DNA from: Silvanigrellaceae bacterium
Lineage (GTDB): Bacteria > Bdellovibrionota_B > Oligoflexia > Silvanigrellales > Silvanigrellaceae
Assembly: GCA_049423385.1 (NCBI GenBank)
Contig: JBMSQQ010000058.1
Span: forward strand, 1 to 23,372
DNA: 23,372 bases
Direction: 5' to 3'
Numbering within the stretch: position 1 is the first letter of the stretch; each line of letters begins with the position of its first letter. Positions 15,856-23,372 of this stretch are shown here, piece by piece. The notes under the pieces are model-generated. The model was not told where the DNA came from, did not search any database, and saw only the letters and a list, made by a program, of their open reading frames with translations. The translations under genes and the position numbers were made by a program.

Positions 15856-17016
15856 TCAGCCACGTGCGGGGCCCAATTGAGCCCCAGATGGCCCTTTGCG
15901 CGAATTGATGCCCTTGTGAATGATGATTTTCTCGCCCTGGACCTTGCCGCGATCGTAATGCTCTCCCAAGACACGTCCACCGGAACGCACGGATGTGAGA
16001 CGAGGAAAACGGGATTTCACAAATTTTCTGAGACCAGGGTCATTGAACTTGACCAAGGCCGTCGAACTCTCTTCGTCGCAATCCTCGGTGTCTGTTTCAA
16101 CGCCGTACTCCGCAGATTCCATGCGGTCGATTTCCATCCGTTCCAGTTTTTTACGAAAACCGGCAATCACCCCAGATTGGAACGACAGTTTTGGTGCCGC
16201 ACCCTTGAGTGCACGTGCACCGCGATAGGAACTCCAAAGAGACTCAGACTGCTGACGCAAAAAACCATAGATATACTCGGCCATCAGCACGTTTTGCTCC
16301 GAACCAAGAATCTCCATGGTCTTGTGATTCTGATTCATTTGAGCGTCGTAGAGATCAGAAAAGACGACATCAACGAAATAATAACCTGTCAGAATGCTCG
16401 CGATCATTCTTTGAATGCGGTCAATTTTTAGCTTTTTGTGATTGACGACCAATGAAACGTAACGGGTTTTTTTGCGGCTCATCAACCGTTCAAGGTTGTA
16501 CTTGTGGAAAAGCTCGCGCACACGCGCCATGGCGAGAAATGCTTCATTCTCGTTGCTGGATTCGGCCATGGCCAGAAGCTTTTCCACCTTGCGCAGTATT
16601 GCTGCGTCCTCTTCAGGAACCACCGAATTTTCCTGCCAGGTGCGCAGGGGTTCACCGAGATCGAGCCCGGAACCGCGATATTCCTCTGCAACACCGACCG
16701 CATCGCAAGCCCGTTGAAAGGGAACTCCATGGCCAGCATCTCCAGCAAGAATTTCACTGACGAATTGATGCGCCATTTCATGTTTGAGTACCCCCACAAC
16801 ATGCTGCCAGTCGTGGGTAAGAATGAGGTTTTTGTTGATGACAATCGTGCGCGTCAGGGGATCCCATTGTCCCCACTGACCCGACATGTCGCGCAGTTCG
16901 ATAAGAGGTTTGCGCAACTTCAGCCGGTACTGGAACAAAATTGATTCATATTCAGTATAAAGCTGCTTCAGCCAAGCCTCTTCCAAAAATGCAATCACGG
17001 GCTTTGTCTTGTTCAT
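15856..17016 (-). CDS. SprT-like zinc metalloprotease domain + DUF2786-like domain protein
   Basis: WGQW...GVLKHEMAHQ (HExxH)...HGVPFQRAC is SprT-like. ILRKVEKLLAMAESSNENEAFLAMARVRELFHKYNL is DUF2786-like. Confidence 0.8.
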   Translation of the reverse strand: MNKTKPVIAFLEEAWLKQLYTEYESILFQYRLKLRKPLIELRDMSGQWGQWDPLTRTIVINKNLILTHDWQHVVGVLKHEMAHQFVSEILAGDAGHGVPFQRACDAVGVAEEYRGSGLDLGEPLRTWQENSVVPEEDAAILRKVEKLLAMAESSNENEAFLAMARVRELFHKYNLERLMSRKKTRYVSLVVNHKKLKIDRIQRMIASILTGYYFVDVVFSDLYDAQMNQNHKTMEILGSEQNVLMAEYIYGFLRQQSESLWSSYRGARALKGAAPKLSFQSGVIAGFRKKLERMEIDRMESAEYGVETDTEDCDEESSTALVKFNDPGLRKFVKSRFPRLTSVRSGGRVLGEHYDRGKVQGEKIIIHKGINSRKGPSGAQLGPARG

Positions 17017-17109
17017 CTGTTTGGGAACCTCGATACCAGGAGCCGACCTGCAAACAATAACGCGGTGTCTCTGGCCAACGCAACAATTGAAGAATTCGAG
17101 GGCGACTTT

Positions 17110-19374
17110 TCAGGCAGTTTGAGCGATTTCCGGCATTTGCCCGGAATCGGATTCGGAATTTTCCGGAAGCCCAGGAGTCTTGGCTTCAGACTTTTTGCTG
17201 CGTCTCACCATGACCAAAGTCATGTCGTCGACCAGATCGTGGGCCGTACGAAATCCGTTCTTGTTGATACGCAATTGCTCGACAAGAAGTTTTTCCGGAA
17301 TCTCGATATTTCCCGACGCAACCTTGCGTTTGATCTGTGCCGCCCAACTCGAAACGGTCGCGCGGAGGGGAACCAGTCCGTCGGAATAAAGGACAATCAA
17401 CTCGTCACCCGTCAGCTTTTCCGTCTTTGCACTCCACGTCGACTCAACGAGGACATCCGAACCCAACCGTTCACCCTGGGTGGTGAAATATCGAAACAAC
17501 TTGCTGCCAAGGCAGAATATTCCAGGATGTCCTGCAGAACAGAAGGTGATTTCCTCGCGAATCGGATCAAAAAGTGCGAAAATGGCCGTGCAGTTTTCAT
17601 TTTGCGGAAGCGCCTTCAAACCCATGTGAATTGAGTGCGGTGCCCGGCGAAGCTCTTCCTGTTTGAGCTCGGGGGTTTCTGGAAACTCACCGTTGCGCAA
17701 CTTCTCACACCACAAACCCCAATGGGAACAAATGACACTTGTAGCGAGCGATGAACCCACGCCATGACCCGTGACGTCGGCAACGCAGGCCGCAAGCAAT
17801 GTTCGGCCATCGCTGAATTTCAGTTCGCGAATATCGAACCAGTCCCCGGCCAATGCTTCTGCCGGCAGATAAGTGGCACGCCAGACCCATGAATCCGTTG
17901 TGGTCTTGAGTTTGGGCAACATGCGGGCTTGCACTTCACGACCAACGTTGAGCTCCTGCTCGATGAGCGCCTTTTCGGCCATGTCGCGGCCAAATGTCAG
18001 CATCTTCTTTGCAGTCGAACCGACCTCGAGCAACGCGGCCGTCATGAGGGATGGCATGAGAATCATGATTTTCCAGTCCAGCGGCGACTTGAGACTGGCA
18101 TCCTTGGTCAGAATCCCGACAAGGTCGCGCACGTTGACCCAACCATGAATCGAAAACGCAGCACAAACCAACGCAAGGCGTGTCACAACCAACGCCACAC
18201 TCAATCGGCTGTAGGATTCGGGATTGCTGGCCTTGGTTTCAGCTGTTGGAGGGTGCCTGAACCGCTCATAGCCCGCATAAAAAATCACGCAGAATGATGC
18301 AGCAATCGAGAGCGAGTCACCCCACAAATCGCTGGTGGTCGAAAAACTGGGATCCAATTTTCCGCCAAGCCCAAACAATCCACCCATGATGCACACAAAC
18401 AACCAACGATGGGCCAGCTTGATGCGGCGAACGTTCAAACCCACGATGGTGGCCGTGAACAAAACCAGAAATGCAAAACCAAAACCACATGACATCAAAT
18501 AGAGTATGTTCTCGACCGGTGACAACTGAATGCCGCCATCAATCTTGAATCCGAGAAAATCATGGATAGCCCGCGAAGCTCCGTAGAGTGCCAGGTATGA
18601 CATCACAATCGAATGGTCGAGAACGATCGCAATGGCAGCCAAAACAACGGGAATACCCAATTGGAATTGCCGCGACAGGTTGGCAGCTTCCTTCTGCATC
18701 CAAATCAAGCCGGAGTAGTCTCTGACCTTTTCAGGACGAGACAGCACCGCAGGAACATCGGCGGGTCCGAAGAAAACCAATCCATCGAACAATCGCATCC
18801 GGATTTCAATTTTCTTCGAACTCAACAAGTCTTCCCGTGTCAGACTGAACGTTGTGTCAGCCGCAAATCCGAATTGCTTGGTGTATCCGTCAGTCGTTAA
18901 TACATACGTGGCGCGGTGAACGTTGCGCGGCAAGATCAACACAACCTGGGACTTGTTGGACAACCATTCCAGTTCTGTTTCACCGATATCGATGATCATT
19001 TTAACCCAATTCGCCCGGCTTACCTTGCCAAGAGAATTTTTAAGTTCCGGGATGCGTGTTGAGTTGGCCAAAAAAACATCCATGGTCGTATTTTGGGCCG
19101 GATCTGTCGCGCAAAGCTCCAACGATTCAGGTCGAACCTTCTCTGGATTCTCACAGTGCCAGAACGACGTCCTGATGTTGCTGAGGTTCAGGATGAATTT
19201 CGATTCCTTGAGCATTTCGCGGCTGGCGGAGGCATCGTTTCGAACTCGCTGGTCATTGAAGAGTCGAATAAACATCCAAAGACACAACACCAATGACACA
19301 TAGAGCACCCCACGAAAAATGTGGTGCTGAATGCGGTGATTGGGAATAATCTTTTGGAGCAGGCCCGAAGCCAT
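17110..19374 (-). CDS. Membrane-bound PP2C/SpoIIE-family protein phosphatase (extracytoplasmic domain + about 7 TM)
   Basis: C-terminal AREVQ-like GREVQ, LAGDWFD, VADVTGHGV, SAGHP, LYSDGL and DDMTL motifs. N-terminal TM, soluble domain, then several TM helices. GAGGAGG RBS. Confidence 0.9.
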   Translation of the reverse strand: MASGLLQKIIPNHRIQHHIFRGVLYVSLVLCLWMFIRLFNDQRVRNDASASREMLKESKFILNLSNIRTSFWHCENPEKVRPESLELCATDPAQNTTMDVFLANSTRIPELKNSLGKVSRANWVKMIIDIGETELEWLSNKSQVVLILPRNVHRATYVLTTDGYTKQFGFAADTTFSLTREDLLSSKKIEIRMRLFDGLVFFGPADVPAVLSRPEKVRDYSGLIWMQKEAANLSRQFQLGIPVVLAAIAIVLDHSIVMSYLALYGASRAIHDFLGFKIDGGIQLSPVENILYLMSCGFGFAFLVLFTATIVGLNVRRIKLAHRWLFVCIMGGLFGLGGKLDPSFSTTSDLWGDSLSIAASFCVIFYAGYERFRHPPTAETKASNPESYSRLSVALVVTRLALVCAAFSIHGWVNVRDLVGILTKDASLKSPLDWKIMILMPSLMTAALLEVGSTAKKMLTFGRDMAEKALIEQELNVGREVQARMLPKLKTTTDSWVWRATYLPAEALAGDWFDIRELKFSDGRTLLAACVADVTGHGVGSSLATSVICSHWGLWCEKLRNGEFPETPELKQEELRRAPHSIHMGLKALPQNENCTAIFALFDPIREEITFCSAGHPGIFCLGSKLFRYFTTQGERLGSDVLVESTWSAKTEKLTGDELIVLYSDGLVPLRATVSSWAAQIKRKVASGNIEIPEKLLVEQLRINKNGFRTAHDLVDDMTLVMVRRSKKSEAKTPGLPENSESDSGQMPEIAQTA

Positions 19375-19480
19375 ACCACCTCCTCAGCGTAGGTTTCGGA
19401 AATCCGGCTCGGCACGGATAGGCAAGAAGTTTCACCTGCAACTGATTTTGACCTCAAGTCAAAAATCATTGAAATAAAAC

Positions 19481-19506
19481 AAAAAAACCACGCCCGGAGG
19501 CGTGGT
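19481..19506 (-). terminator. Intrinsic terminator of the HU-family gene
   Basis: Minus strand reads ACCACGCC-TCCG-GGCGTGGT followed by a T run, about 40 nt after the HU stop codon. Confidence 0.85.
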
Positions 19507-19547
19507 CATTTGCGGAAGCTTTTTAGGCATTCTGCAAAGAGAAGATA

Positions 19548-19901
19548 TTATTTCTTCTTCTTCTTGGCTGGTGCAGCCTTCTTCGTTGTGCGAGCGCCCT
19601 TCTTGGCGCCTGTCACTTGCTCTTTGAGCGACTTGGCAGCGCGGAATGCGATCTTCTTGGAAGCAGGAATACGGATTTCTTCGCCTGTTTGAGGATTGCG
19701 GCCCATGCGAGCAGCGCGCTCCTTAACTTGGAGAATACCAACTTTGTCGATGCGGAGCTTGCGGCCCGAAGCGACTTCGCCTTCAACTGTTGCGAGGAAA
19801 TCAGCAATGACTTCCTTCGTCACTTTCTTTGGAAGCTGGGTGAACTTGTCTGCAACGGCTGCGACGAGCTGGCTGGTGGAAACAGTTGTATTCTTTGCCA
19901 T
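19548..19901 (-). CDS. HU family DNA-binding protein with Lys/Ala-rich C-terminal tail
   Basis: KERAARMGRNPQTGEEIRIPASKKIAFRAAKSLKE is the HU signature. Tail is GAKKGARTTKKAAPAKKKKK. Confidence 0.92.
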   Translation of the reverse strand: MAKNTTVSTSQLVAAVADKFTQLPKKVTKEVIADFLATVEGEVASGRKLRIDKVGILQVKERAARMGRNPQTGEEIRIPASKKIAFRAAKSLKEQVTGAKKGARTTKKAAPAKKKKK

Positions 19902-20023
19902 GAAGCGGATCCTTTCCTGAAAGAAACAAATGACAGTTATGACCGAGGGTCACTGACAACCCAAGCATTAATTCGGTTTTTTTACACATGCCTGCCAGAA
20001 AATAAACAAGAGGCACTCGCTAA

Positions 20024-21427
<1,404 letters not shown>

Positions 21428-21454
21428 CACTTCACCTGAACCTTGATTTCCATT

Positions 21455-21480
21455 CAGCCCCTGATTCCAATCAGGGGCTG
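21455..21480. repeat. Perfect inverted repeat / hairpin between eno and the downstream gene
   Basis: CAGCCCCTGATT-CC-AATCAGGGGCTG, with no U-tract on either strand. Confidence 0.85.
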
Positions 21481-21493
21481 GGAGACTCCTTTG

Positions 21494-21766
21494 ATGAACG
21501 AGTCATCCGCCAAACCGGACTTTGCAAACTACCAGATTGTCCTGAACGCCTTTCTCGAATTGCGTGGCCACGGAATTGCCGTGTCTTCCCAGGACCTCGA
21601 AGTGCTTAAATCTTGGGCTGAAGAGGGGCTCCCCCCGGAACTGATCATCAAGGCTTTGGAAGCTATCGCCCTGGAAAACCAAGAAAAAGGCAAACGACTT
21701 GCAAGTTCTCTGAAAACACTGGACCGAAGTGTGCGCCGTGCGGTACGAAATTTTCAGGAATTCTGA
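21494..21766 (+). CDS. Small hypothetical protein, DnaD/DnaB_2-like helical domain
   Basis: VSSQDLEVLKSWAEEGLPPELIIKALE...SLKTLDRSV resembles the DnaD-domain pattern. GGAG RBS at 21481; lies directly upstream of the DnaC-like ATPase. Confidence 0.55.
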   Translation: MNESSAKPDFANYQIVLNAFLELRGHGIAVSSQDLEVLKSWAEEGLPPELIIKALEAIALENQEKGKRLASSLKTLDRSVRRAVRNFQEF

Positions 21767-21781
21767 GGTGAAACACTGAAC

Positions 21782-22891
21782 ATGGCGACGACCCACACGC
21801 TGAATCTGGAAGCGGCGTTTGCACAAATGGAAAAGCTCGCGCGCAACCGTGAGCAAACTTCGGAACGATCGGCCGCTGGAACGCAGTCGATTATCGGAAA
21901 TGTTGAAAAAAGCTTTTCGACCCGAGCCAATGCAAGCGATGACACCACTGAAAGATGTATTTGTGGCCATCATCATCTCGGAATCTATTTGAAGAACTCG
22001 GGCAACCGAAGTGAATACTCCATTTGTCCTGCCTGCGATGCTCAACCGAGATGTGAAGAATGCCAAGGAACAGGTCAGTTGAGAAGCTTCAATGTTCTCA
22101 CCTTGCGGGACGAAATTATTCCTGGCGCATGTTCTTGCCGCACCGGTCGCAAACGTGCCGACCTGCTCAATCGGGCACAGCTCCCCCGTCGTTATCAATC
22201 CGCTTCATTTGAAAAGTTGCGCATTGAACACCTCGGGCAGAACCAAGGCCTCATCAGTAAACTCAGCGACTGCCGCGACCGGGTCATGGGATTCTGCGAA
22301 GGAGCAGTTCCATTTTTGTCTGGCCACGAACCTGCACCCGACAAGATTTTTCTGACATTGCTCGGGCCTGTGGGAACTGGAAAAACCCTGATGGGCTGCG
22401 CAGGACTCAAATGGTTGGTCGAAGAAACAGGCTGCACGGCCCGCTTTGTCGATTTTTTATTTCTCCTGGGTCAGCTGCGGGAATCCTATTCACAAAATTC
22501 CTCCGAAGAAAAAATTCTCAAACCCTTGCGGGATGCCGATGTTCTGTTGATTGACGAACTGGGCAAGGGTCGAGCCGAAAAAGCATGGCAAATGGAAAAA
22601 CTCGATGACCTGCTCAACAGCAGATACAATGAGGGGCGCATCACGATACTGACGACAAATTATTTGCCTCCCGAAGCTGCCTACGACCCTGTGCGCGCAG
22701 GATTCAGGACTGCTCCGGCGAATGAATCATTCTGGGAACAATCTTTGCCGGAAAGAATCGGAGCACGGATGTATGATCGGATTGTCGAGTCGTCTGTGTT
22801 TGTTGATTTCATAGGTTTGCCGAGCTTCAGAAGAGCTACAGCCGAAGCATTTCTGCAACGACACAAAGCAGAAACAACTAAAGGGTTTTGA
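21782..22891 (+). CDS. DnaC/IstB-like AAA+ ATPase with N-terminal Cys-rich Zn-binding region
   Basis: CIC, CPAC, CEEC and CSC; LPRRY...SF; Walker A GPVGTGKT; Walker B LLIDELG; LNSRYN, TTN and RIGARMYDRI. Confidence 0.88.
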   Translation: MATTHTLNLEAAFAQMEKLARNREQTSERSAAGTQSIIGNVEKSFSTRANASDDTTERCICGHHHLGIYLKNSGNRSEYSICPACDAQPRCEECQGTGQLRSFNVLTLRDEIIPGACSCRTGRKRADLLNRAQLPRRYQSASFEKLRIEHLGQNQGLISKLSDCRDRVMGFCEGAVPFLSGHEPAPDKIFLTLLGPVGTGKTLMGCAGLKWLVEETGCTARFVDFLFLLGQLRESYSQNSSEEKILKPLRDADVLLIDELGKGRAEKAWQMEKLDDLLNSRYNEGRITILTTNYLPPEAAYDPVRAGFRTAPANESFWEQSLPERIGARMYDRIVESSVFVDFIGLPSFRRATAEAFLQRHKAETTKGF

Positions 22892-23291
22892 GCTCGGTTT
22901 TCTTGTAGCTGATCATCGTTCGCTTGGCGTCGAACAAATTCCGGTAACTTTCGTACCTGATGCGCAGCTTCTCTGAATCGGCTCGGGTTTGGGCTATTTG
23001 CTCGAGCAGCTGAACATATTCACTGTCGGCTTCAGCCAGGCGCTTGAGTCGACCTTCCGGGATGGACGAAGCATCACCCGCCTCACTCTCGATACGATTC
23101 ATGATGCGGGCTCGCACAGTGGTTCTGAGCAGCTCCAGGCGCTCCGCGTCACGACGCTTGTCCACATATTCAAGGCCTATCTTGTTGGCGAGCTGAATGA
23201 TTTCCTCGAGCGACAATTCGCGTTGCCCCTGTGTCTGGTTTGCAGACGGGGATGGCAACTGGCTCGCAGAATGTGGATCGTTTTTTTCCAA
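22878..23291 (-). CDS. Hypothetical alpha-helical/coiled-coil protein
   Basis: 137-aa ORF with TTG start and AAGAGGA RBS; charged amphipathic helices; 14-nt convergent overlap with the DnaC-like gene. Confidence 0.75.
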   Translation of the reverse strand: MEKNDPHSASQLPSPSANQTQGQRELSLEEIIQLANKIGLEYVDKRRDAERLELLRTTVRARIMNRIESEAGDASSIPEGRLKRLAEADSEYVQLLEQIAQTRADSEKLRIRYESYRNLFDAKRTMISYKKTELKTL

Positions 23292-23372
23292 GTCGTCCTC
23301 TTTTCGGGAGCCGATGGGCGAACAAACCGCAAGGCCCGACAGGCCTCGGGAACTGCAATCAGCTCATGGAAA

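Noticed and set aside
15717..17016. Genomic island integrated at tRNA-Arg
   Set aside because: No integrase, no visible duplicated tRNA 3' end and no evident compositional shift. The flanking genes include housekeeping prmA.
21782..22891. IS21-family element (IstB)
   Set aside because: No IstA transposase or terminal inverted repeats. The Zn-finger N-terminus fits a DnaC-like loader better.

Overview
Bacterial chromosomal window of roughly 50% GC. The gene content (IleRS type 2, REC-TPR and DUF4388 proteins, 7TM-SpoIIE phosphatase, Cys-containing CTERM-tailed proteases) suggests a deltaproteobacteria-like lineage such as Bdellovibrionota/Oligoflexia; this is inference. Housekeeping genes are ileS (5' part only), an IHF-beta-like gene, rpsT, rpsP, an hpf/raiA-like gene, prmA, tRNA-Arg(CCT), an HU-family gene and eno. 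Neither ileS nor the tRNA appears in the ORF track. The most notable accessory feature is a tightly coupled minus-strand operon (12249->5479) encoding a divergent PanE-like protein, an extended rhomboid protease and two paralogous S8 subtilases. Each subtilase has an N-terminal lipobox and a matching 49-residue C-terminal [GS]GC-spacer-TM-basic tail, so this is a candidate rhomboid-dependent protein-sorting system. Other points of interest: a DnaD-like/DnaC-like pair after eno, converging on a possibly UvsY-like helical protein; a structured rpsT leader; an MshEN-like motif in the DUF4388 protein; and an oxidoreductase gene that ends inside the antisense tRNA. No CRISPR array, transposase or integrase was seen.
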